Assembly (NCBI RefSeq): GCF_001194135.2
Contig: NC_068981.1
Location: 133,055,251-133,111,332, forward strand
From: Octopus bimaculoides
Lineage: Eukaryota
DNA: 56,082 bases
Direction: 5' to 3'
The position numbers were made by a program, and so were the translations under genes. The notes under the pieces were generated by a model. That model was not told the DNA's origin. It did no database searches and was given only the letters and a program-made list of their open reading frames with translations. Position 1 is the first letter of the stretch; the number at the start of each line of letters is the position of its first letter. Of the stretch, positions 1 to 10,963 are shown piece by piece.

Positions 1-175
1 CAACAGACGAGGACAGGTGGTGTAAACAACAAAAGGATGTATTAGTTTAACGCTCGGGAATAGAGAAAGTCTTTAACGCTTCGAGCTACGCTCTTCAACA
101 GAAAAAATAAGGAGAAAAACAAGGATAAAAACACGGAGAAAAAATTTGAATGTCGTGGTCGGCGATCTATCATAT
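1..175 (-). mobile_element. Penelope-like terminal-repeat (pLTR) fragment, family B, cut by window start; degenerate hammerhead-like motif at 71-105
   Basis: Aligns by eye with 30160-30320 (same strand) and with the reverse complement of 42620-42800 and 44440-44670, the last lying downstream of a GIY-YIG remnant. Minus-strand motif TTTT-CTGTTGA-A-GAGC-GTA-GCTC-GAAGC-GTT-AAAG. Confidence 0.7.
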
Positions 176-642
176 ATGTATACATATATGTGTGTGTGTA
201 TATATAATCAAATGAATAATAACTGAGACGATGGGTAATTGTCAGCCCAATACAGTTGTTCGTTATGCATGTTTTAAATAGAAGAATGAGAACATTACGC
301 CATTACAAAAAACCGTAATCATCAGATGAAAAGTAATTTTACAAACAAAACAATATCCCAAGAATACAGCAGGGTCGTGACTGATGTCTTTCGAGGCCAA
401 CTATGAAACAGTTGGCTATTCAGGTTAATAATAATAAGAAGAAATTTGACCGGGTTTTCAATACTGTCCAGGGAATATGCAAAGATAACATGGCAATTAG
501 TAACTATCGTACCTATAGGGAACCACATCGGCAGCAACACAAATGAAGATGAAAATAAAAATAAAACAAAAGTTCTTCACGCAAACCCAAAACTAATTAT
601 AAGGATAAGAAGGATAGCGTACACAAAGGTTAAAACGGGAAT

Positions 643-1688
643 AAACGTGACGTAACATGGTATAACCCTCCCTTCAATTACATAATAGATCTTGATATAT
701 GTAAAAAATTATTCAGTATACTATAACGTAATTTCCCTCCTTCACACAAATATTACCGTTTATTCTTCCGTAGAAACGTTAAGGTCTCCTATTAACACTC
801 CCCAATCTAAATACATGATCCGGAGAATTAATAATAATGCCCCTATCAGCACCGCTCCTAATAAAAATTGCAGTAGGATAACAAAGAAAATAATATTAAT
901 ATTCCTCCTATCTCTACTATTTGAACCGACACTAATACTATATACACCAATACCATCAACGAGAAAGTCCTGTCAATTAGTAGATATAATATTGGCATCA
1001 GTTAGCCAGTCACTAAAAAAGGATAGCAGCAGTAGCAACTCTGCCACAATTACTAATGGTGGCAGGGATACGGATTCCACTAGTTTACGCTCACACCATA
1101 CCACTCCCTACAACCCTAACACTCTCTCCACTAGCTGTAAGGACCGCCCACCTACTTCCATTCATGTTGTGGATATGCTCAGAACACTAACACTTGTGCT
1201 GAAAATTTTTCTGTTATATCACCCACCCTCGACCCTTTAGTGTCACTATCTGAAAGCCAAATCTCTTACGACAATGCTCAGTACTAACATTCTCCGACCA
1301 TGGGCTCGATAACTAATTATAATAGTATTGATCCTAGTAATATAAATCCCAGTAACAACTATGCGAACACCAGTAACTCTCGCGACGTAATAATAAATGT
1401 CAAGTCTCTGAAAATATTGGGTGCAATTTTCTAGACAAAATATCATGTCTACTTTCTGGTCGATGTCTAGCAGTAAGTGTGGTTTACAAATGTAATGCTG
1501 TGACGGAGACCAATACTTATACCGGCTACTCCGTAAATCTCAAGGAGCGCTTACCTAACCACTGTTCTTCCTTTAAATTGAGACATAGAGTAGACAGGAC
1601 TTCTCTAGCCACGAAGATTTAGGAGCTCAAGGACGACAATGATAAATTTGATTTGGGTTGAGACATCATTAGGGTCGCTAAACCGTAC
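643..1688 (+). mobile_element. Degenerate Penelope-like retroelement: RT C-terminal/thumb region, long linker and GIY-YIG endonuclease remnant
   Basis: From 643: KRDVTWYNPPFN...L*RNFPPSHKYYRLFFRRNVKVSY, matching the PLE pattern WFNPP...HFPPSH...KISY. From 1422: CNFLDKISCLLSGRCLAVSVVYKCNAVTETNTYTGY...KERLPNHCSSF...TSLATKI*ELKD...LG*DIIRVAKPY. Both stops fall where PLEs have conserved Trp. Confidence 0.85.
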
Positions 1689-1692
1689 TTTT

Positions 1693-1925
1693 GCTGAACT
1701 GCTAAGTTATAGTGACATAAACAATGCAACACCAGTTATGAAGCGGTGGGGTGGGGGAAAAACATAAACTCAGACACACACACATGCACATATATGCATA
1801 CATACACGCATATATACACACACGATAAGCTTCATTCAGTTTCCGTCTACAAAGTCCAATCACAAGTCTTTGGTCGGTCCAGGGCTATAGTAGAAGACAC
1901 TTACCTAAAGTGGGACTAGAGCGGG
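1693..1925 (-). mobile_element. tRNA-derived SINE family S1, partial and diverged
   Basis: Shares ttcagtttccgtcta...tcacaag.ctttggtcgg...ggctatagtagaagacactt with copies at 17050-17545 and 47425-48185. Confidence 0.75.
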
Positions 1926-2435
1926 AAACATGTGCGTGTGTGTGTGCATGTATACATACCACAGTACTCGTCCTTACCCAGGTTTATGGAACGCATCAGA
2001 AGTCCTATAACTTATACTGTCCTCCTTAATATGATGTTCTCCTACGGAAGATTTCAGACTCTCTAAAGCAAAATTGTTTTGCAAGTCTTCAATACAGAAA
2101 CTGATATAACAGTCAAATTGAACCAAGTTTGGATTTATGATGATAAGTTAATTGTTTAATTTCATAGTACGTTCGTTATTTATATATGACTTCAATGATA
2201 TTGCATCGATACTATATAATTCTAATTCCTGTATTTATAGTCTTTGGCGTCATTCGTGTCCTGTGTTAAAATGGGAGTAATACACCATACTTGTTCTCTC
2301 TTCTATAAATGCCTATGATTGGCAAAAACCTTTTATTGTTTTTGGAGATCTCTATCTCCTTACAAAAGTTGCTGTTATTTAGATCTAAATCAAGGCTGTT
2401 CCGACTGTGAGAATTTGTTTTTTTTTCCTTATATA

Positions 2436-2552
2436 TAGGGTGGGGCAAAATGGTCTGACACATTTGTAGGTTTAAAAACATTTTTTTCATTCCTTTCTCT
2501 ATTTCGCTTTTATTAACCCTACAAATGCGTCAGTTCATTTTGCCACACCCTG
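2436..2552. mobile_element. Tc1/mariner-type MITE, about 117 bp
   Basis: About 40-bp imperfect TIRs: left TAGGGTGGGGCAAAATGGTCTGACACATTTGTAGGTTTAA versus right reverse complement CAGGGTGTGGCAAAATGAACTGACGCATTTGTAGGGTTAA. TA at 2434-2435 and 2553-2554. Confidence 0.85.
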
Positions 2553-2594
2553 TATATTAAAGTTTACATATCCAGTATAACCTTTTTTTTTTAT

Positions 2595-2680
2595 TTAAAG
2601 TAGTGGTGTCTGATTTGAGAGAGATCTGTTTGCTATTTCTAGCAGGTTAGGAAACCACACAGAAGGTCCTTGGTCGATTC
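2595..2680 (+). repeat. Old interspersed repeat (core ...gctatttctagcaggt...); related pieces near 30600-30730, 34810-35010 (reverse), 40610-40770 and 49400-49440
   Basis: Recurring diverged core motif seen by eye; class not determined. Confidence 0.45.
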
Positions 2681-4044
2681 AAACTTCCTCGTTCTTTAAG
2701 ATGGCTTCTTGGCTGTCACTTCGTATGAACTCCACCGAGATTTAAGTGAATATATCACACACACCTGTGTTTGTTTAAATCAAATAAGTTGAAAGCTAGT
2801 GTGCTCCATAGATTTCTGCTTAATGTAATGATAATGATATAAATGAAGTGAATTATTTGCAACTGCAAATTTAGGCAGCATATTAATCTACTCTAGTCTG
2901 TATCTACGTTCGTGTTTAAATATGCTAACGATTTCTTTCTTCTGATTAACTTATTCTCTCTAAATATACAATATTTGTACATGAAATGCAATTTACTTAA
3001 ACTTTATCTTCCAATTTACTTTTTTAATATCTCATATAGCTAAAATTTCTGGTAAACGTTGTTGTCTGACGTATACAGACCAACGACTTTTGAGAAAACG
3101 CTTTTGTGGTTAACCTGTTTCATTCAAACTAATATGCATTTCGCCTTAAATGTACGACTAAAGTGCTTGCATTCACCTTTATTGTCGAATAAAACTTATC
3201 AATTGCTTTTGACGCCGTACTTTCTTCTGATCATCAAACGTAATCCTTATTCATTTACCTTTCTTCTTACATTTATTCTCAATTATAAACTATTGTGCTT
3301 ACAGATAGCTATTTAATTTCATTCATCATCTACAATCTCCAATAAACTGATGCAACAGCAGTGGGCTGAAAGATTTTCATATCTGCAGTACTTAAATATG
3401 TTTCTCTCCATTTGAGATTACTATTATCGACCACAGTCGAGTTGCCTTCTATCTAAAGACTTCAAGTTTAAGTGCCTTTGTTTCTTTCGAGAACGAATCT
3501 GTCATTTCTAATCCATAGTTTTTAAAGAGAGCGGACAGCTGCAATGTCTCATACATATGACATGCATGTCATAGATATTTTCCCTTTATAAATAGCAGAG
3601 GTTTTATAATCCTAAAAGCCGGAACAAATTTGTTAGAACAAAACTGCTTTTTTCCATTGAAAAATGTAAACTGTCCTCCATCATATAATGAAAAAAAATG
3701 GCATGGCTGAAAAGAAAACTGTCATAAAATCCTTTCTAAATGCATGAAAATGGATACTTTTAGATGTGGTACAGATTATGAAGTTGAGTAATGGTTGCTT
3801 TCTACATGATGTATGTGTAGAGTTAACACACACCGTACATTGTATCTGAAAATGTTCAGGCTGAAATAGCTTTTAACTCTGGGAAAAACAATCCACATTT
3901 TGAAATGCTATCTTGGCGTGATTGTCAACGAGAGAGCATGAAATAAAATATGGTTTATATTTCATATGGATTATGGTGGTTAAGTAAGCGTTTGTAATTA
4001 GTCTCTCTTTTAATTAATTCTTTCTAATTTTGACCTAAGGCTAG

Positions 4045-4200
4045 TTATTCTAGGAGGAGGGAGCAAGTCGATTACATCAACGCTTGGCTGGTACTTTATT
4101 TTATCGACTCTTAAGGATGAAAAGCAAAGTTGACCTCGACAGGATTTGAACTTGGAACATAGAAAGTGGGGAGAAATGCCACTGAATATTTTGTCCAGAA
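4045..4200 (-). mobile_element. tRNA-derived SINE family S2, diverged
   Basis: Matches the reverse complement of the S2 copy at 7931-8122 (ggtact...ttttatcgac...aggatgaaa.gcaaagt.gacctcg...atttgaac). Confidence 0.75.
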
Positions 4201-4519
4201 TTTCTTTTAATTTATAAATATTTCTGACAGTATGGCGATGTTCTTGGATTTTCTTAAAAGCATTAAGAGTTAACTACAAAGGAAACTGTTGCAACTGGGA
4301 ACAGATATTGTGCTTGTGTTGTGGAGTGTACGAACAGGCAACAATAGAGTTGACCAGATCTCACCTAATTAGTTACAAATAATACAGATCAATTTATTGT
4401 GTGATAAATAATCGGTTTTTCAAATATTGATTTTCCATTATGACAAATTATCAATAATCTCGATAATTCAGTGAAATTATAGGAGCGAAAAATCCATTAA
4501 CCCATACTAATTATTAGGG

Positions 4520-4720
4520 TCGTTAACGCGTCGGACAAACTGGTAGGGTTGTTAGCGTGTCGGTCAAACTGCTGGCGACATTTCTTCCGGTTCTTTACGT
4601 TCTGGGTTCAAATTGCACCAAGGTCAACTTTGCTTTTCATCCCTTCGGGCTCCATAAATTAAAATACCATTCACGTATGCGATCGACGCTACCGACATTC
4701 TACCCCTTCCCTCACAAAAA
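4520..4720 (+). mobile_element. tRNA-derived SINE family S2, diverged, with a short 5' duplication
   Basis: ctttacgttctgggttcaaattgcaccaaggtcaactttgcttttcatccc; B-box-like GTTCAAAT; homologous to 7931-8122. Confidence 0.75.
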
Positions 4721-5490
4721 TTGTTGACTTAGGACTCTGCAACGAACCGACGTCCTGTTCAGAGAAAAATACTCTGATCTCGGTCACTTATTCGCCATGG
4801 AAACCAAGGATAAAAAAAACAAATAAATAGATAAAATTTGTGGAAAAATATCTATAAAAACAAGTGCTTATTGGAACAGAATTTGGAGGTTTCAAATTCA
4901 TACGGCTTCATTTTTCTGTTAGCAACTTCGCTTATATAAGCAAATACTAGGTCACAGAAGCTGGCCGTCTCTTATTGTTCTGGTTCTAGTTTAAGTATTT
5001 GTTGTTTTAAGCATTATAGTTTGTTGTTATTGACGTGAAATCATTATCGGCAATGTTAATGTTGTTTGCGGTGTCGTTTGATGTTGTAGTTATTGTTGTT
5101 GTTATTACTCTATCGCCGTTAGTGTTGTAGCTGTCATCATAGATTTAGAGAGAAATATTGAGGTATATAGCAGTAAAAGCCTCATGAATATTGATCAACT
5201 ATAAGCTTATTTGTATTCATTACTATCATAGCTATCATGTGGCGACCTTGGATTAAGTAATAGTATGTTCGATTTAGCTATCGTATCAAAGCAGTATAGG
5301 TTAATAATTGATCGTACAGTAAATAATGTGACAAAAACATGATCTCTTTGTTAATGAACTTTAGACAGTTATAAAAAATAATCCCACTGACTACTACTTG
5401 TAAAGACTACAGATCATCACAATTTTAGCCATTACTGAAACTAATAGCAATTTCACAATAATCGTTTATGTTCTTAGATTATTATTATTA

Positions 5491-6488
5491 TGTTGTTTTT
5501 TTTCTTCTTTCTTCAAATTTTCTTCCATTTCTTGCCGAGTGTTTTCCGTACACCTCGGGCAGAGAAGCTCATTGTATGCATTCCCAGTTTACACACGCAA
5601 ATTCTCAGGTAAAATATGTATTATAAAAAATAATAAATAAATTCATGAATGGATGTTGTTTTCACAGCGATAATGCTCTTCTTAGTACATGAGTCGTTCC
5701 AGTTAACACGAATTTTTGCACTTCTAGTAGGGATGGTAAGCCTGGTATCATTTTCAAATAGGTTTCAGTACCTTTTTTTTTTATCATTCCTAGAGATTAG
5801 TCGCCTTGAGGTGCCACATTTTTTCAATTTCTATTAACAAGTCTTTATATTTACTGATCTTGTCAAATTCTTTCGCCGCTATATTATGATCGGAAAGAAT
5901 ACTCATGTCAATTAATAAGCACATCTTTGTCTGATCTTTTATAATATCATTCCTAGATAAATCGGATATTATAATAATATCCGGTTTATTAGCCTTTATA
6001 GTTTTGTCGGTATGTACGGGGAAGTCCCAGAGAATTGACACATTTTTTCCCTCAGTCACAGCTTCAGGATGGTGTTTATACCATTTGTCAGCGGTTTTGA
6101 TTTTATAATGCCGACATATTATCCAGTGTAAATACTGGCCGACTCTGTCATGTCTTGCTTTATATTCTACAGGTGCTAAGACTCTACACCCTGATATTAA
6201 GTAGTCTATAGTTTCAATCTCATCGTTACAGAATCGGCATTTTGGGTCAGCTCCATTTTTTTTATCACATTGATTTAGTAGTTCCGGGTTAATAAGCTTT
6301 GGTCTTGAGCAGCTAATATGAAACCTTCACTCTCTGCTTTTAGCCCTGAGCTTCGTAACCATTGATGCGTGTGTTTCTGGTTGACATCAGCTTGTTTTCT
6401 GCGGGCCACATACTTGCCATGCAGAGGTTTCTGTTCCCATCTGCTAACTAATATGCAACATTGAGCAGCTAATATGAAACTTTCGCTA
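5491..6488 (-). mobile_element. 5'-truncated R4/Dong-type non-LTR retrotransposon with RLE endonuclease, degenerate
   Basis: ORF 6275-6595: WEQKPLHGKY...WLRSSGLKAESEGFILAAQDQSLLTRNY, followed by a CRFC...ET Zn-knuckle region. ORF 5790-6059: ILWDFPVHTDKTIKANKPDII...CLLIDMSI...KYKDLLIEIEKMWHL (PD..D motif). (TAA)n on both sides (5478-5490, 6543-6580). Confidence 0.9.
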
Positions 6489-6514
6489 TTCTTCTTCTTC
6501 TTCTTCTTCTTCTT

Positions 6515-6580
<66 letters not shown>
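6489..6580. repeat. Compound microsatellite (TTC)n(TTA)n
   Basis: Directly visible perfect arrays. Confidence 0.98.
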
Positions 6581-6599
6581 GAGATAACAGTGCATGTAA

Positions 6600-7050
6600 T
6601 GAAAGTGACACTTTGGTAAAATATACGAAGCCCAGTATATTATCTCATATCAAGATAAACAGTGTATAAAGTTGCAGGTGAGGCTCAGAATTTTCTTCAG
6701 GTCAAGTAGCCCATCCCGCCCAAAAGGTCCTTGAATAAGGTTTGTTTGAGGATGATGAACGAAAACACCCATGTATCCAGAGGTGTATTATTCAAATCTC
6801 AAAGAATTCCTCTCAACACATGGCTATGATGTACCCCCTACTTCTGCTCGTGATCAGAGATGTACATATCGTCAGCCACTACGGGACATGCTCAACTGGT
6901 TAAGGTCAAAGAACTGACAAGCAAATCTGTGGTATTGAGCAGAATATTTACTGGAACGACATCTTAGACGCACGCTGGGATTGTGTGGAAGTAACTGATA
7001 GAAGCGAGGGGTGTGTGCGAAAGTCTCAAACAACAACAACAACAACAACA
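6600..7050. repeat. Interspersed repeat of unresolved class ending in (CAA)n
   Basis: GC-richer block resembling a common octopus retroposon segment, ending in (CAA)7; no diagnostic protein motif found. Confidence 0.4.
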
Positions 7051-7694
7051 AAAGAGAATAGTAGCAGCAACAGTGACAACAACGCTGGCACACAGAAAAA
7101 TGCGTTAGTCGGAAAATATGATAGATGCATCAGCAGTGTTAAAGGAAACAATTGTGAAGTTGTCGTTACACAGGTGGAGGTTTTTAGATTTGACTAACTC
7201 TTCAGGACAGATGATTCAGCTAAAAAAGAAGCCTACATAATTAGAAATAACGCAGCTCCTGTCGTTTTGTCTGCAGAATTAGTAATAATTTTATCAAAGT
7301 AATTTCTCTGACAAATCATAATTTAATAATTTAATAATACTCAGTCTTGTTTAATGAGTATGGTTTAAGGCATGGAAAATCACAAAAAAGTTTTGTATAT
7401 GCTTGAGTTTGTTAAAGGATCTTTCTGTTCAAACTACTGCAGCTAGCACTGTATATAATATTCTCATTTGGTTGTTAAGTTTATCAAATTAAAAGTTCCA
7501 ATTCTGATTCTCTAAAGTTTACTGTATGTGCTGTTATAATTTCTTCATTGTTAAAGTCGGTGCGATATTACTATGCTAACTCTTTCGCATTTTCCTACTT
7601 CACTTTCGGATATCATAAAATATTCTGACGAGAAATTAAAATGTTTAGACAACTACTTAATCTTGAAACGAACTGTTAATCCTGCAGTAATATT

Positions 7695-7900
7695 GGTTTC
7701 AGTTTTTGGCAAAAGGATAGCAATTTGGAGGAAGGGTGAGTCAATTTCAACGACCGCAGTGCTCAACTGGTACATATTTTATCGATTCGGAAAGGATGAA
7801 AGGCAAAGTCGACTTCGGTGGAGTTTGAACTCAGAAAGTGAAGTCCGGACAAAATGCCGCTAAACATTTTGCCTGACATGCTAACGATTCCGCCATTCAC
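7695..7900 (-). mobile_element. tRNA-derived SINE family S2
   Basis: 7764-7869 is roughly 80% identical by manual alignment to the reverse complement of 7947-8051. Confidence 0.85.
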
Positions 7901-7930
7901 CACCTTAAACATTGCAATAATATTATCAGT

Positions 7931-8122
7931 TGAAGGGGGCGAGCTGAAATGCTTAGCGGTATTTCGTCTGTCTTTACGTTCTGAGTTCAAATTACGCCGA
8001 GGTCGACTTTACCTTTGATCCTTTTGGAGTCGATAAATTAAGTACCAGTTGCGTACTGGGGTCGATTTAATCGACTGGGCCCCTCACCCAAAATGTCGGG
8101 CCTTGTGCCTAGAGTAGAAAAG
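7931..8122 (+). mobile_element. tRNA-derived SINE family S2 with 15-bp target-site duplication
   Basis: AATAATATTATCAGT at 7916-7930 and 8123-8137; B-box-like GAGTTCAAAT; internal deletion in the head relative to the 52060-52225 copy. Confidence 0.9.
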
Positions 8123-8879
8123 AATAATATTATCAGTCGAAACATGAAACATAAATTCTCGGAAGTAAATCGTCTGTGCCTTCTCAAGATCTGACGACAC
8201 ATCTCTTTAGTTTCAGTCCAGATGCTTTTCCAGTTGTTTCATAACAATTGGACCAAAGTTACATATTTCTTTTTCTTAGATCCACTTTTCTTATCAATTC
8301 TCTGATCAACTTACTTTATAGCTTCAATAAAATTTTCAAGACAATGTCGTTTGATCATTCTGTCTTCCTATGTTTTTCGAGTACTATTGAACATTTTTAT
8401 CTTACATATACATATCTCTATATTAATAGTTTCAGAATAAATAACCAGTATCCAAGCGTTTGGTATGCCAAACGAATGGTTATGAAACACACAAAAGTAT
8501 ATAAAAACTAATAATTGTTTTTCAATAAATACCTATCTATTAATGTTCAATGAATTCTAGTTTTGTTAGGTAAAAAACGTTATCTACTTTAAGTAAATTG
8601 TTATAAATCCAACGGATTAGTAATGACTGTTCAGAAGATTACATGGTTTCTCGACTAGTGCATCGAAACTTTTGATTTATGAACACACTCTTCACTTGTA
8701 AACGAATATCTTTCTCCACCAAATCTCCTTTCTTGTAGAAATTCCAAAAATTATTTAATACTAAATGCACGAGTATTTTATTCTTTTTCATCTTATAACA
8801 ATGTAAGTATTTTCCCGGGAAATTTTGGATATTTTGAAATTTGCGTTCTCCTACCATTAGAAAACTATGGCTCGAAAAC

Positions 8880-9520
8880 GTAGGATAAGGCTGAACAGTG
8901 GTCGGAAGTGATAAAATTGAAGAGTTGAGCTACGTCTATTTGGGACTGATAGTAAATATATATCGAGATATGGACGCTGAAATCTCGCATGGAGTAAGAG
9001 CAAAGTGGAAGACATTTGTCTAGATTAAAATGTATTCAAAGTACAGCTGGACAAAACACGGCTTGCCAATCTCTTCAATAACACTGTACTACTCGCGTTC
9101 TTATACGTAAGTGTGATATAGGCTACCACAAAGGAGGAAAAACAGAACTGGATACGACACTGAGGACCATGGTAAGAATATATTATTTCGGGTGGATGTT
9201 CAAAACGAAGTAATTCAAGAATGAAGTGAAGTGAACGATATTATTCCAAAATAACCTAAGTACAAGTTCTACTGTGTCGAACATGTGGCAAGGTTCGCAC
9301 CCCCCCCCCCCAAAAAAAAAAAACATGCTGAGACGGGAAATTGTCGAGTGTTATTTAAAGGATTGGAATAAATAACTCGGTACAACTGCAGACTAGTGGG
9401 AAGATGACAAAGTCAAACAATTCGGAACCAAACGGAAGAGAAAGGTGCATCGAAAGGGAAGAATGAAAGTTTATTGTGATCAGCGATGTATGGAGACATC
9501 TAATTGTCTAGTCGATAAAA
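8880..9520 (+). mobile_element. Highly decayed RTE-clade LINE 3' fragment
   Basis: Residual IEELSYVYLG...DMDAEISHGVRAKWKTF...ANLFNNTVLLAFLY.S...ATTK and ...VEHVAR, matching the RTE RT C-terminal pattern YVYLG...LF...VLP.LLYGSETW...GHVAR; many stops and frameshifts. Confidence 0.6.
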
Positions 9521-9789
9521 AAAATAAGCTCCTTGTATAAGATCGAAAGTTGTATTGGAAATGTATCGATCATTCTACTTCGCGATGAAACGGAAATTAA
9601 TAGTTAAGTATAATTAATAACCCTAAATCATAATTATCTTTAAGATGATTTATATATAGATATTTCAGAAGTATCAATCTGAATCTGTGTATATGCGTGT
9701 GTGTTCGCGCGCGTGTGTGTGTGTGTGTGTGTGCATGTGTGTGAGTGTGTATCTGTGAGCATGAACAACTTTATTTATCAAAAAATGCT

Positions 9790-10963
9790 ATGACGATAAA
9801 ACATAAACCTATTCTATAATGTTATTCAATAAAGTCACATTCGGCTTCAACAACTGCTTCTATATGAGATCTAAATCATCTACATGCTCGAATCAGGTGG
9901 TCCTGGTTCATTTTGGACATTACTCTGACTATGGCAGCTTTCAAAGAATCTTTGGTGTTTTGGGCGTGTTCATTGACCTCTCTCTCAACAACGCTCCACA
10001 TGTATTAGTCCAATGGATTGAGATGTGGAGAATTAGGAGGCCAAATGTTGGGGGTTATGTGATCATGAAAATTTTCAGCCATCCATTCCTGTGTTACTAA
10101 AGCCATGTGTGATAGTACAGAGTCTTACTGAAACATATATAGCCTTCCATTGCATACACTGTCTATCCAGCGCTTAACAATTGTTTCCAGGACCTCAATG
10201 CAGGCGGCAGAGTTAACTCTAAGGCCTTGTGGAAAGAAGTAAGGAAGCATCACATGTCCTTCATTGCTGACAACCCCTAAAACCATGACAGTTGCAGGAA
10301 ATTCTCTATGCATAATACCTGGAACTAGAGAATGATCTGCACATAACCATCTGTCATTTCTTCTGTTAACGTTTTGATCTTAGTCGAGGTTTTTCTCGTT
10401 TGAGAAAAACCAAATCACATCTTCTTCCGCTGGATTTTTCAGTTTGTTTAGGAACCTTTCAGATCTGTTGTAGTGGTTTTCTTTTGCCTTTTCTGACAAA
10501 TTGACCTTTCTTCATCATATAAGACTTATAACTCGTGTCTTCGTGGACAACATTTCTGACTGTTCCTTTTGACACATGGAGATCTTTTGCAATTGACCTC
10601 ATGGATTTTCTGGGATTGTAATCAATGGTCTGTTGAACTTCGATGGATAAATTCAAGTGTTCTGATGATTTCAGAGCGTTTAGAATGCTTTTTATGCTTC
10701 GATACTGGTCATATGTTTCCATCTTCAGTCTCTAACTCCTTAGAAACTTTGCAGACGAAAGATCTGGCAACTTTTAAAAACGGAGAACTTCTAAATCGCT
10801 ATGCTCAGCCTTTATAACCACAATAACAGCATGCCTCTTCATTTCTTGACTAAGCTGAGGGTCTACCATTATTATTTTCTGAAATAAGATTATACAGAGT
10901 TAGAAAAAAATGCAGCAATGACCTCCAAAACGGTATGTCCTCAAATATCTTACGCACCCTGTA
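9790..10963 (-). mobile_element. Tc1/mariner DD37D (maT-type) transposon fossil
   Basis: NPRKSMRSIAKDLHVS.GTVRNVVHED (HTH region), IWFFSNEKN (D1 mutated to N), FPATVMVLGVVSNEG, FQ*D...WPPNSPHLNPLD with 37 residues counted between D2 and D3. TIR-like end TA|CAGGGTGCG at 10953-10963; the other TIR was not found. Confidence 0.92.

Noticed and set aside
6275-6595. Poly-Asn/poly-Lys N-terminus of the ORF
   Set aside because: Comes from the (TAA)n(GAA)n array fused in frame to a LINE fragment.
7703-7735. 33-nt plus-strand microexon (TTTCAG|...AAGG|GTGAGT)
   Set aside because: Lies inside an antisense S2 SINE, and the signals follow the family sequence; exonisation is possible but unsupported.
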